Shown one piece after another: positions 21,748 through 31,662 of a stretch of DNA of 64,000 nt (positions within the stretch are counted from its first letter, which is position 1; each line of letters opens with the position of its first letter). Made by a program: the position numbers and the translations under genes. The stretch is from Verrucomicrobiota bacterium (GTDB lineage: Bacteria; Verrucomicrobiota; Verrucomicrobiia; Limisphaerales; AAA164-E04), in assembly GCA_047947115.1 (NCBI GenBank), contig CP170459.1:2432001-2496000 (forward strand), read 5' to 3'. Below the pieces are notes generated by a model. It made no database searches. It was given only the letters and a program-made list of their open reading frames with translations, and had not been told where the DNA came from.

Positions 21748-22059
21748 ATGAACGATTCGAGTCAGGAAACATTGAGAGCCCCGCGCGAGCGGTTGGCAAA
21801 CGAATTGCAGGCCATCATTCAGGATGCCGAAGCGCTCTTGAATGCCACGGCTTCAGAAAAAGGTGAGAAAGCCGATTCCGCTCGCGCCAAAATGAAAGAC
21901 GCCCTGGAGCGCGCCAAGGCAAATTACAGCAGCCTGGAGGGAAGAGCTCTGGCGCATGCTAAAGCAACCGATGAAGTCATACGCAGGCACCCGTACGAAA
22001 CACTTGGCGTCGGGTTTGGTCTCGGTCTGGTGCTGGGGCTGCTTCTGAACAGGCGCTGA
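21748..22059 (+). CDS. ElaB/YqjD (DUF883) family membrane-anchored protein
   Basis: DAEALL...IRRHPYETLGVGFGLGLVLGLLLNRR C-terminal TM motif. Confidence 0.9.
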   Translation: MNDSSQETLRAPRERLANELQAIIQDAEALLNATASEKGEKADSARAKMKDALERAKANYSSLEGRALAHAKATDEVIRRHPYETLGVGFGLGLVLGLLLNRR

Positions 22060-22069
22060 TTCCAATCTC

Positions 22070-22468
22070 ATGAATGCTCCTCATGACCCTAGCGAATCAT
22101 CCTCACCGATGATTGATTCCGCCGGACGTTGGTCGGATTCACTGCTGAATTTCATCCGGACTCGCATTGAGTTATTTCTCCTAGAGCTTGAAGAGGGGAA
22201 GATTCATCTGGCAGAGATGCTGATCTGGCTGGTTTGTTTTGCTGTCTTTGCCCTGATGTTCATCGCTGTGACCACAGTTGCTTTTTTATATTTTCTCCCA
22301 ACTGGTTGGCGGGGCGCTGGGCTCATCGGTTTGTTGCTGGGGTACGGGTGTGTTACCTTGGTTTGTCTATTGCGCCTGAAGCGGTTGGCTCAATCGGAAA
22401 CTCCCATGTTCCAAGCTTCACTGGAACAACTTAAAAAGGATCAGTCATGTTTTTCGAATCGAAAATAA
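22070..22468 (+). CDS. YqjE-like (phage holin superfamily) membrane protein
   Basis: RTRIELFLLELEE, two TM helices, SLEQLKKD; yqjD-yqjE-yqjK synteny. Confidence 0.8.
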   Translation: MNAPHDPSESSSPMIDSAGRWSDSLLNFIRTRIELFLLELEEGKIHLAEMLIWLVCFAVFALMFIAVTTVAFLYFLPTGWRGAGLIGLLLGYGCVTLVCLLRLKRLAQSETPMFQASLEQLKKDQSCFSNRK

Positions 22469-22770
22469 AAGCCAACAAAGTGCGCAAGCAGATGCTTGTT
22501 CTGGAGTGTGATACTCAGCGACTTTTGATTGAGGAACGTTGGCGTGATTTGCGCCGTCAGGTTCGGTTTGGGAAGGGGAGCCTCAACGGTAAGTCGGGAC
22601 GCTGGCAGCAAGTGGCCGCGTTGGCGGCACCTGTCGGGGCTTTTTTTCTGACCCGATGGTTGCGCCGGAAGGAGCCGGCGTCCACTCAGCAGGAGCGCTC
22701 CGTCACCGGAGATTATTTGAGCTTGCTGGGCTCCGTTTTTGATTGGATGGGGCGATTTCACCGATCCTGA
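22447..22770 (+). CDS. YqjK-like protein
   Basis: RKQMLVLECDTQR N-terminus; third gene of the cluster; start uncertain. Confidence 0.6.
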   Translation: MFFESKIKANKVRKQMLVLECDTQRLLIEERWRDLRRQVRFGKGSLNGKSGRWQQVAALAAPVGAFFLTRWLRRKEPASTQQERSVTGDYLSLLGSVFDWMGRFHRS

Positions 22771-23020
22771 TTCGGCATTGCCCCTGGAACGTGAGTGATT
22801 TTTGGGTATTGTCTTCTTTCCTGATGGTTCCTGATGGATAACGGATTATTTTGCCAGGGGCGCTCGACTTTCTTTTGATCCCATGAAGTATTTTGCAGAT
22901 TTCGGAATCAATCCTGCTGCTTTTTCTTTGATCCGTATCCCCATTGGTCTCCGGGGTGGATTCTGTGGAAAAGTTGTTTATTTAGTTTAACTAATTAATT
23001 ATCAGTCTGATGTCTCGATA

Positions 23021-23911
23021 ATGGATAGGGGAATACCCATCATTGACCCGGAAAAGGAGAAAGAGTCCAACTCCTTGATTGCCTTGCTTTGGCCGTTTGA
23101 TGAGTTGCGCAAGTTGAGTGAGATGGATAATCGCAACTTGCTGGCCATAACGGCGATCGGCGTTGTTCCTATGGTGATTTTGACTTTGTTTTCTGGTTTG
23201 ATCAGGGAGCAATTTGCTTTTGTTTTGACTGGTTTGTATTTCTCGGTCCTCTGGTCCATTCTATTTTATAACCTTTTCCCTGCACCTTCGATACGTATTG
23301 GGACGTCCGTGTTCTGTTTCTTGGGGACTGCGTTGGTGTCTGTGAGTTTTCTTGCTTTGATATTCAAACTTCCATTTGTTCGTCTTGATTTCGATATGCT
23401 CAGGTCGCCAAACCATTTGGAGCGATTTGTCGGATTCTGGCTGTGGGTTGGTTTTCCGGAGGAGTTGGTAAAGGTCTTCATGCTTTACGTGTTATCGAGG
23501 CGAAAGGATATTCTTTTCCCGAGTACGTATGCTTACTATGGAATGGTGTGTGGATTGGGGTTTGGAATTTATGAGGGCATGGATTATCAAATGGGAGCCA
23601 ATCATCAATTGGCTGAGAGTCCGGGCGAATATCTTTTTTTGAATCTGTTGCGTCTGACCACGCTTCCGGTGTTGCACGCCGTTTGGACGGGGATTGCTGG
23701 GTTTTTCCTTGGGTTCCTGTTCCTTTATCGTCAAAAGATGATCCTGTTGCTGCTTGTGGGCCTGGGAGTGCCCTCTGTATTGCACGCTCTCTTCAATGCG
23801 TTTAATCACACTGTGGCCAGCCTTGGGCTTGCGATCATGAGCGTCCTGGTTTTTAGCCTTTACTTTGCCAAGCATGAAACGCTGAATTACTTCCTTGGGA
23901 GACAGCAGTGA
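23021..23911 (+). CDS. PrsW family intramembrane glutamic protease
   Basis: EELVK, GLGFGIYE, HAVWTG, LHALFN motifs; many TM helices. Confidence 0.88.
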   Translation: MDRGIPIIDPEKEKESNSLIALLWPFDELRKLSEMDNRNLLAITAIGVVPMVILTLFSGLIREQFAFVLTGLYFSVLWSILFYNLFPAPSIRIGTSVFCFLGTALVSVSFLALIFKLPFVRLDFDMLRSPNHLERFVGFWLWVGFPEELVKVFMLYVLSRRKDILFPSTYAYYGMVCGLGFGIYEGMDYQMGANHQLAESPGEYLFLNLLRLTTLPVLHAVWTGIAGFFLGFLFLYRQKMILLLLVGLGVPSVLHALFNAFNHTVASLGLAIMSVLVFSLYFAKHETLNYFLGRQQ

Positions 23912-24058
23912 TCGTTCACTGCTTGGCGAGTCTCTTCAAGATGGATCAAAATCAAACTTGATCGTGTTGTAACATTCTGTCCATACTCCTGACACATCCT
24001 TTCGGGCGTTCGGTTCGGTCTTGTTCGAGATGTTTAACATCCTTGTCATTAAATTAAT

Positions 24059-25003
24059 GTGAAAGTTTTTAGCGGTACCTCCAATTTGCCTTTGGCAAAC
24101 AAAATCACCGATTACATGGGGATTCCACTCGGTCGCTGCAAGGTCAGCGCATTTCCTGATGGAGAAACCTTTGTCAAGATCGAGGAAAACGTCAGGGGGC
24201 AGGATGTTTTTGTTCTGCAATCCACTTCCCCGCCCACCAATCACCACTTGATGGAGATGTTCATCATGATCGATGCGCTGCGACGGGCAAGCGCGTCACG
24301 GATCACGGCGGTGCTGCCTTTCTACGGATATGCGCGTCAGGATCGAAAGGATCAGCCACGCGTACCCATCACAGCCAAGCTGGTCGCCAACCTGATCGTT
24401 GCTGCCGGTGCGCATCGAGTGTTGACCATGGATCTGCACGCCCAGCAGATCCAGGGATTTTTTGATATACCGGTGGATCACCTGTATGCAGCGCCGGTCA
24501 TGTATGAATACCTGCGCAAGAAGAATGTACAGGATCTGGTGGTGGTCAGTCCTGATGCGGGTGGCATCAAGATGGCGCACGCTTACTCGGAGGTGCTTGG
24601 CTGTTCACTTGCCATTGTTGCGAAGCGACGCAAAAGCGCCACCGAGGTGGAAAGCATGACATTGATCGGGGATATAGCCGGGAAATCGGTGTTGTTGGTC
24701 GATGATTTGACCGAAACCGCAGGAACCCTGACCGAAGCGGCCCGGCTTCTCAAAACACAAGGTGCGCGATCCGTCTTTGCCTGTGTGTCTCATGCTCTGT
24801 TGAATGATCTTGGAATCGAAAGATTACGAAAATCAGATATTGACGAGTTGATAACAACTGATACAGTTCTTCGCTCCGCCGTGGAAGGCGTCAACATCAC
24901 CACCCTATCGGTGGCAGGACTTTTGGGCGAAGCGATCAAGCGAATCCACAACAATTCGTCGGTCAATTCGCTCTTTGAGTTTAACGGCGCGCGAACGAGT
25001 TAA
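24059..25003 (+). CDS. prs: Ribose-phosphate pyrophosphokinase
   Basis: FPDGE, YARQDRK, DLHAQQIQGFF, VSPDAGG, VDDLTETAGTL. Confidence 0.97.
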   Translation: MKVFSGTSNLPLANKITDYMGIPLGRCKVSAFPDGETFVKIEENVRGQDVFVLQSTSPPTNHHLMEMFIMIDALRRASASRITAVLPFYGYARQDRKDQPRVPITAKLVANLIVAAGAHRVLTMDLHAQQIQGFFDIPVDHLYAAPVMYEYLRKKNVQDLVVVSPDAGGIKMAHAYSEVLGCSLAIVAKRRKSATEVESMTLIGDIAGKSVLLVDDLTETAGTLTEAARLLKTQGARSVFACVSHALLNDLGIERLRKSDIDELITTDTVLRSAVEGVNITTLSVAGLLGEAIKRIHNNSSVNSLFEFNGARTS

Positions 25004-25048
25004 GCGGAATGACCTTTGCGAAAAGCAATCAAGTTTAGATATAAATAC

Positions 25049-25669
25049 ATGGAAGCGGTAGCTTTAAATGCCCAATCTCGCAGTGAACTGAAGCGGAGTC
25101 GTGTCAAGAAACTCCGCACCAATGGCGTTGTACCAGGAGTGCTCTATGGGGGCTCCGATGATCCCAAAGCGGTTTCAATCTGCGCCAAAGAATTCAAAAA
25201 GCTGATGAAGCACTCTGCTTCGGAAAACATTCTGGTCGAACTTGGCATGGATGGCGGGAGTCATCTGGCCATGGTGCAGGAAGTTCAGCACCATCCACTT
25301 TCAGGAGATGTGTTGCACGTTGATTTCCGTGAAGTGCGCGCCGACCAGCCCATCATTGTTGCGGTGCCTATCGAGCCTCGCGGCGAAGCCTACGGTGTGA
25401 AGAATGAAGGTGGTCTGCTTGAACACGTTTTGTTCAGTATCAAAGTCAAAGCGCTGCCCAAGGACTTGCCTGAAGTGATTCATGTCAACGTGACTGAAAT
25501 GCGTTCGGGTCAGACCATGCATTTGGGTGAAATTCCATTGCCTGAGAATCTGGAAGTGATCGGTGAAAAAGGCATTCCCGCATTCTCCATCTCTATCGGT
25601 CGTGCCGCACGTGCTGAAGCAGCACAAGAAAAGGCACAAGAAAAGGCACAAGCAGCGGGTGGCAAGTAA
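25049..25669 (+). CDS. rplY: 50S ribosomal protein L25/Ctc
   Basis: VPGVLYG, QHHP...HVDF, GVKNEGG; start ATG 25049. Confidence 0.95.
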   Translation: MEAVALNAQSRSELKRSRVKKLRTNGVVPGVLYGGSDDPKAVSICAKEFKKLMKHSASENILVELGMDGGSHLAMVQEVQHHPLSGDVLHVDFREVRADQPIIVAVPIEPRGEAYGVKNEGGLLEHVLFSIKVKALPKDLPEVIHVNVTEMRSGQTMHLGEIPLPENLEVIGEKGIPAFSISIGRAARAEAAQEKAQEKAQAAGGK

Positions 25670-25731
25670 TTTTTTAAAGACGGAGGAAAGGACTTTCCTC
25701 CACGACAACCCATAATCGACCGGGGCTAGAG

Positions 25732-26340
25732 ATGAACTATCGCATGCTCGTCGGTTTGGGGAATCCCGGTAAAGGCTATGAACGAAACCGGCATAACGTC
25801 GGATTCATGCTTCTGGACCAACTGGCTGGCGGTTGGCGATGTTCTCTGAATCCTCAGGGAAAATTCAGAGCGGAGTGGGGGAAAGTGATCCGTGGTGACC
25901 ACCAGTGGTTGTTGGTCAAGCCCCTCACTTTCATGAACGCCAGTGGTGAGGCGGTGCAGCGGTTGGCTGCCTTTTATCAGGTGCCGCCATCTGAGATTTT
26001 GGTTGTCTATGACGATCTGGATCTGCCCCTTGGGGCGGTCCGATGCCGCCCGGACGGAAGTTCGGGGGGGCACAACGGGATGAAATCCATTGAATCCCGA
26101 CTGGGGACCAGGCAGTTCCCCAGGTTACGGATAGGGATTGGCAGGGATGATCGCGGAAAAGACGCGACTATCAGCTATGTCCTGTCCGACTTTTCCAAAT
26201 CGGAAAAGGCACATTTGGAGCAATCCCTGCAACGGGCGGAGAATCTAATAGAGGAGTGGGGGAATTCCTCACTCGAAAAGGCGATGAGTCTTTTCAACGG
26301 TCGTATTCAACAAGGCGAACCGACCGGCAAGACAAATTAA
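25732..26340 (+). CDS. pth: Peptidyl-tRNA hydrolase
   Basis: VGLGNPG, RHNVGF, KPLTFMNASG, GGHNG, RLRIGIG. Confidence 0.97.
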   Translation: MNYRMLVGLGNPGKGYERNRHNVGFMLLDQLAGGWRCSLNPQGKFRAEWGKVIRGDHQWLLVKPLTFMNASGEAVQRLAAFYQVPPSEILVVYDDLDLPLGAVRCRPDGSSGGHNGMKSIESRLGTRQFPRLRIGIGRDDRGKDATISYVLSDFSKSEKAHLEQSLQRAENLIEEWGNSSLEKAMSLFNGRIQQGEPTGKTN

Positions 26341-26365
26341 CAATAATACAGTCATCAAGACGCTT

Positions 26366-26653
26366 GTGAAACAATACGAAGGATTATTCATCCTAAACAC
26401 GGCTGGGAAGGTCGAAGGAGCGGACGAAGTGCTCGCTCAAGTGACCGAAGTCATCAACGGTGCCGGCGGTAAAGTGACCGGCGAGGTCGAAAAACTCGAC
26501 AATCGCTCCTTTGCCCGCGTGGCCAACAAGAAATACACTTCTGGCTTTTATGCCAAAGTACCTTTCGAAATCGAGCACACTGAGCTGGAGGGTCTCAGGA
26601 ACCAATTAACTTCGCGTAACGACGTCTTTCGCGTTCTTGTCACCAGTGCCTAA
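26366..26653 (+). CDS. rpsF: 30S ribosomal protein S6
   Basis: MKQYEGLFIL start, size, position before ssb. Confidence 0.88.
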   Translation: MKQYEGLFILNTAGKVEGADEVLAQVTEVINGAGGKVTGEVEKLDNRSFARVANKKYTSGFYAKVPFEIEHTELEGLRNQLTSRNDVFRVLVTSA

Positions 26654-26673
26654 CCAGCAGCGCCATCCAAGCC

Positions 26674-27144
26674 ATGCCCTCTTACAACAAAGTCATCCTT
26701 ATCGGCAACCTGACCCGGGATCCTGAACTGCGTTATACCCCAAGCGGGCGTGCCATCGCCAAACTGGGACTTGCGTTGAATCGATCCTGGAAGACCGAAA
26801 CCGGCGAGACGCGGGAAGAGGTGACTTTTGTCGATGTGGACGCGTTCGGCCGTCAGGCTGAGGTGCTTGGACAATACCTTCGCAAAGGGCGACCGGTCAT
26901 GGTCGAAGGTCGATTGAAACTCGATCAGTGGGATGACAAGCAAACCGGACAAAAGCGCAGTCGGATGGGAGTTGTGCTGGAGAGCTTCCAGTTCCTTGAT
27001 TCTGGCGGCAATCGTTCCGAAGGCGAGTCCAGTGACGGATATTCATCTGCGCCACCTCCTTCCAATCAAAACCCGGCCCCGCATACGCAGAGGCCTGCTC
27101 CCGACGATTCCATGCCCATGGACGACGATGATGTTCCATTTTGA
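26674..27144 (+). CDS. ssb: Single-stranded DNA-binding protein
   Basis: NKVILIGNLTRDPELRYT; acidic DDDDVPF tail. Confidence 0.97.
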   Translation: MPSYNKVILIGNLTRDPELRYTPSGRAIAKLGLALNRSWKTETGETREEVTFVDVDAFGRQAEVLGQYLRKGRPVMVEGRLKLDQWDDKQTGQKRSRMGVVLESFQFLDSGGNRSEGESSDGYSSAPPPSNQNPAPHTQRPAPDDSMPMDDDDVPF

Positions 27145-27214
27145 TCCAGGGGAAGCAGCGTTTTACACTAGATTTATAACAACACCAAAAAAGATTATTT
27201 AGAACCGAGACAAT

Positions 27215-27694
27215 ATGGCAAAGACAGACGTAATTCTCATCAAAAAAGTGGATGGATTGGGTGGCGAGGCCGATCAAGCGACCGTTGCGGCGGGATATGC
27301 GCGTAACTACCTGATTCCTCAAGGATATGCCATTCCGTTGACCAACGCCAACAAACGACGCGTTGATAGCTTGCGCGAACGCCGTCAGAAACGCGAATCT
27401 GAAGAACTGGCACACGCCAAAGAGCTAGAATCCAGCCTCAGCCGCCTTGTCCTCAATATCAAAGTCAAGACCGGTGAGGACGGTAGAATGTTTGGTTCCG
27501 TCACCTCTCAGGTTATAGCCGACGAATTGATGAGCCAATTTGAGCTAGAATTGGATCGTCGCAAGATCCAGCTGCCTGAAGCTATCAAAACAGCTGGCGA
27601 ACACTTGATCGAAATCCGGCTTCACGCGGATGTGACTGCCAAGCTGAAAGTGCAGATCGAAGGTTCCGTACCTATGCCCACGGCAGCTGAGTAA
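27215..27694 (+). CDS. rplI: 50S ribosomal protein L9
   Basis: GYARNYLIP, GRMFGSVT, IKTAGEH. Confidence 0.96.
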   Translation: MAKTDVILIKKVDGLGGEADQATVAAGYARNYLIPQGYAIPLTNANKRRVDSLRERRQKRESEELAHAKELESSLSRLVLNIKVKTGEDGRMFGSVTSQVIADELMSQFELELDRRKIQLPEAIKTAGEHLIEIRLHADVTAKLKVQIEGSVPMPTAAE

Positions 27695-27727
27695 GCTGTA
27701 TTGCATGGTGATTCAGCCATTTTAGAC

Positions 27728-27763
27728 AAACCCCGCATGCAGGACGTGCGGGGTTTTGTTTTT
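27728..27763 (+). terminator. Rho-independent terminator after rplI
   Basis: AAACCCCGCA...TGCGGGGTTT hairpin followed by a T-rich run. Confidence 0.8.
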
Positions 27764-27815
27764 GCAGCATTGGAAGCTTGAAAAGCTCCTTTCTTCCATA
27801 TAAACCAACACTTAC

Positions 27816-27892
<77 letters not shown>

Positions 27893-28837
27893 TTCCTTGA
27901 AGCTCGATCGGGTCTGCACCAAGGTGGGTCTACACTGCCGCATCACTGCTATTCCGTGGTTACCTGCCAATAGGGTTGGGCGTTCCTGGTGTGTCGACTA
28001 ATGCCCGTTACTTTTTGGACGGATCCTCCAGGGATGGAGTAATGGAATTGGGAGGCGTACAGAAACCTGTTTACCAGTTTTTGAACTCTTTCGTCTTTTA
28101 GGATGAAGCCGTGGCTGTATTCTTTGTAGAATATGGCGTCGCCTACGAGGAGGGTTAAAACGGAGTCGTGGAAGCAACATGAACTGACGTGGGGCACTCT
28201 TCCATCGCCGTCAGGGGTGCGCAATGCCTGTTCAAGTTGGAAGAAGTTTCGAGGTTCATTCGCTTTTTTACTGTTACGTATGACATTCATGGATTGGTAG
28301 GTCTCGAATCCTCCTCTCACCAATACCAACACGCGTTCTCTTTGATCCTTTGTCAGTTCGTTCAGATCAAGCAATCCGTCTTTCACCGTTGCCGAAGCAA
28401 TGGAAAGTGCCCCTTCGAATTTTTCAGCGATCGCCTGTTTCGAAGGTGTGTCTTTGGAACGGATGTTTTCTTGCCAATGGTCGATGTCAAAGAGGTTATG
28501 CTCTCTTGGGCTGGTGGTAAACCGACTTGCTTCTCGGTAGGATGCAAGCAGTTCAAGAGCTCCTGGGAAAGTTCTGATGAGTTTTCTTATTTTTGCCTTC
28601 ACATTGGGGAAAACTCCTTCCCCGATAAGTGCCGCACATACAATATCCAATGACCCTCTGAATGGAGGTGCGGCAAATACAATCTTATGAACTCTGCCAA
28701 ATCCGTTTGACTTTAGATAGTTTCTGAGAACGAAATTGCCTAAACTGTGTGTGACGAAATCTGTAGTGCCCCCCAAAAAAGGGACCAGTAGTTAAGAGAG
28801 ATTTTTCCGGTGTCAGAGAGTAAAATCGAGACACCAA

Positions 28838-29134
28838 ATGAAAGCAAAACGCAAACGATACGACGCCCAGTTCAAAGCCAAAATCGGCTTTGAAGCCATC
28901 CGTGGAATCAAGACGGTTCAGCAGATCGCCAAGGAAAACCAGATCCATCCGACACAGGTGAATCAATGGAAGCAGATCCTCATTGAAGATGCTTCAAGTT
29001 TGTTTGAGGGGAAGCGTCCATCTCAGGACCAGGACGATTGGGCGAATGAACGAGACCGACTCCATGCCAAGATCGGGCAGCAAAGCGTTGAGATCGATTG
29101 GTTGGCAAAAAAGTGCAAGCAACTGCATCTCTAA
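28838..29134 (+). CDS. IS3 transposase OrfA (HTH)
   Basis: RKRYDAQFKAK...IHPTQVNQWK; A-AAA-AAG slippery site at 29107-29113. Confidence 0.92.
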   Translation: MKAKRKRYDAQFKAKIGFEAIRGIKTVQQIAKENQIHPTQVNQWKQILIEDASSLFEGKRPSQDQDDWANERDRLHAKIGQQSVEIDWLAKKCKQLHL

Positions 29135-30024
29135 CCGAGCGTCGGGCGATGGTCGTAAAAGGCCATCGCCAGATCAGTTTGAGAAGGCAGTGTGAACTTT
29201 TGAATATTAGTCGTAGCAAGGTTTTCTACCAAGGCGCTCAGGAATCGGAAGAGAACCTCCACTACATGCGATTGATCGATGAGATCTATATGGATCAACC
29301 CGTTTACGGGTATCGCCGAATGACAGCGGTGCTGCAACGGATGGGGTTTCAGGTCAATGAAAAGCGAATTCAACGGCTGATGAGGTTGATGGGATTGGAG
29401 GCCGTTTATCCAAAACCAAGAACCAGCATCCCCATGCCAGGCCACAAAAAGTATCCATACCTTTTGCGGAACCGAAAACCCACCGGCCCCAATCAAGTAT
29501 GGAGCATGGATATTACATATATTCCTATGAAAATGGGATTTATGTATCTGATGGCCGTTATGGATTGGTGGAGTCGTTTGGTGATCACGTGGGAATTATC
29601 CAACACGATGGAAGCTGAGATTTGTGCCAAGACAGCAGGTGTTGGACTGAGTGCAAGCAAGCATACTCCTCTGATTTTTAACGTGGATCAGGGCAGCCAA
29701 TTTACCAGCAACGTTTTCATTGATACGATCGAGTCATACGCAGTGAAGGTAAGCATGGACGGCCGTGGACGTGCATTGGACAACGTCTTTATCGAACGCT
29801 TATGGCGTAGCATTAAGTATGAGGACATATACCTTCGTGGCTACGAGGATGGGCTCTGCCTGCACCAAGGATTAGAGAGGTGGTTCGACCACTACAACAA
29901 TCACCGGCCTCACCAAGCGCTTGATTACGCCACGCCATGGGAGTGGCATTTCACCCCCAGAAATATGGAGCGACAATCCCGACTTGGATCGACGACGAGG
30001 AACTCAAAATCTAATGTGAGGTAA
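29098..30024 (+). CDS. IS3 transposase OrfB (DDE integrase core), -1 frame
   Basis: YGYRRM, WSMDITY, DQGSQF, DNVFIERLW, YNNHRPHQAL. Confidence 0.93.
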   Translation: MVGKKVQATASLTERRAMVVKGHRQISLRRQCELLNISRSKVFYQGAQESEENLHYMRLIDEIYMDQPVYGYRRMTAVLQRMGFQVNEKRIQRLMRLMGLEAVYPKPRTSIPMPGHKKYPYLLRNRKPTGPNQVWSMDITYIPMKMGFMYLMAVMDWWSRLVITWELSNTMEAEICAKTAGVGLSASKHTPLIFNVDQGSQFTSNVFIDTIESYAVKVSMDGRGRALDNVFIERLWRSIKYEDIYLRGYEDGLCLHQGLERWFDHYNNHRPHQALDYATPWEWHFTPRNMERQSRLGSTTRNSKSNVR

Positions 30025-30807
30025 CAAAACAAGGAGACTCAAAGCAACTTATTGGAATGCCTCATGAACATGCGCGCAGAAAAATCCAGTCCTCCATTCC
30101 AGCCCGCGAGTGCCGCTTCGCGGAGACATAAGAAGCGGGCTTCCATTCCGGACTGGATTTTTCTCTTCCGATCGGGCACCCTTGAAGAAGTTGGCAGCGG
30201 AATGCCAGTTCAAACACCAAAACCGACACCGGAGAATATATCTTAAATTTCCGCCTCCGTGGTCCCCTAGTTGGGGGGCACCTCAATCAAATGAAGCTAT
30301 GGGGTGCCCTGTTGCCTGCGATTTCTCCGTCAAATAATCAATGTAAGTTGCAAGGCGTTTTCCATTTTCCGATGCCGGTAGCCGCCAATCGTAATTGAAA
30401 ATGAATACCGGATAGTCTGACTTCAGATCGCGTAGGAATTCCCCGTAGGCAAGCTTCTCGATTTCATTGGGCAAAATGATCGTATCGATTGATTCATCGT
30501 AGAATTTTCCATTGTGCACATGGCTCAGTTCCAGATCCTCAATTGTCTCAAAATTGCTCTGTACACCGGACCAAATAATGTCCCAATCAGGTCGATTCGT
30601 TTGAGCCAACTTGGTTCCTTTAATCCCCGGAATAAAAATGAACGCGTCTGCAGGCATGCCAGACACTTGCTCATGGGTTTATGTATGTCAATGTCGTTTT
30701 CCCGGTCAAATCTGATGACGCATGTACAAGAATAATTGTCATTGACTATATTCCATCCGAGACAATTTCATGTACTCTAATATGGAAAAAAATACCTAGA
30801 AGATTAC

Positions 30808-31041
30808 CTTCGAGAAGGTCGATACCTGCTCCTCGGCAACCTTGCAGGAAGCGATCCGACAAAACTCTGGGATGGCTGCATCCAGCTGAAACAGGTTGAG
30901 CAGGTGTTCAGGAACCTCAAGGCTGATTGAGCTGTTCGTCCGATTCACCCCCGTCTGGAAGAACGCAGCGAAGCCCGTATCTTTATTGCATTCCTGGCAT
31001 ACTGTCTTCACGTCACCCTGGGAAAACGATGTCGGCACAGA
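30808..31041 (+). pseudogene. IS1634-family transposase fragment
   Basis: Manual translation LREGRYLLLGNL...DPTKLW...QLKQVEQVFRNLKAD*AVRPIHPRLEERSEARIFIAFLAYCLHVTL, in-frame stop at 30928. Confidence 0.75.
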
Positions 31042-31069
31042 GCAATGGAATAAATCATGTGAAGAGAGC

Positions 31070-31507
31070 GTGTTGTCGAAAGTCGCAACGTCAACGTATT
31101 CAGCTGTGACGAATTTTCAGGAACCACAGGACGATTATGTTTATGTGAAACCGTTTCATCAAGAGGGGGCAGTGGAGATGGTATCAGGGGAAGGGGCTAG
31201 ATACCCTGTTGGGTCAAAAGATGGGAAACAGTTGTATTTCCAAATGAGAAATAAAATATATTCCATCGATATGCTCGAAGGTCAGCGAAAAGATAATGAA
31301 GAACCCAAAGTAGCATTTGAATTACCCGCAGGAATGTCCGGGGAAGAATGGGCGCTTGATTGGGAAAATGATCGAATATTGATCAGTACGAGTGCCGACG
31401 AAGATGCAGATACCTCCGGGGCGTCCAGCGTCGACCTCAATACATTAAGAATCACTTACAATTTTGACGTTGAATTAAAAAGAACTGCTCAATCTCGACT
31501 CAGATAG
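31070..31507 (+). pseudogene. C-terminal fragment of a TolB/PD40 beta-propeller protein (as in kinase-PD40 fusions)
   Basis: VYVKPF...VSGEGARYPVGSKDGKQLYF...ITYNFDVELKR; no credible N-terminus, 5' boundary approximate. Confidence 0.5.
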
Positions 31508-31530
31508 AAAGAGATGTCGCTGATTGCGCC

Positions 31531-31662
31531 ATCATCTTCATTATTGCCGGTAATCAATTTCGGCTTGCTTGTGCCGTGCATTTCAGAACGAAAATGGTAT
31601 TCGCTTTGAAATTCATGACTCATTCGGAATACGACAAAATGTCTTGGAAGAACGAACTATGA
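31531..31662 (+). pseudogene. higB: 3' remnant of higB toxin (copy in element C)
   Basis: Near-identical to 33550-33681 but lacks the 5' part and a start codon. Confidence 0.85.

Larger units (their letters stand above)
28762..30285 (+). mobile_element. Complete IS3-family insertion sequence, 1524 bp
   Basis: TG...CA ends; 26-bp IRs (28762-28787 and 30260-30285, 21/26 match); 3-bp target duplication ATC (28759-61 and 30286-88); orfA/orfB. Confidence 0.95.
27949..30666 (-). pseudogene. Alpha/beta-hydrolase (LCAT/lipase-like) gene interrupted by an IS3 element
   Basis: Removing 28762-30285 and one ATC copy joins IFIPGIKGT...YDWR...IASFD to FVTHSLG...AAPPFRGS...GDGRVP...H as one 396-aa ORF. 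Confidence 0.88.

Noticed and set aside
25622..25652. 12-bp tandem repeat (AQEK) at the rplY 3' end
   Set aside because: In-frame low-complexity tail, common in L25/Ctc
26366..27694. rpsR absent from rpsF-ssb-rplI
   Set aside because: To my knowledge a common arrangement in PVC genomes; rpsR is probably elsewhere
30052..30337. Short ORFs in the IS3 3' region as passenger genes
   Set aside because: No motifs; two of them run into or across the IR; the region is better explained by secondary structure
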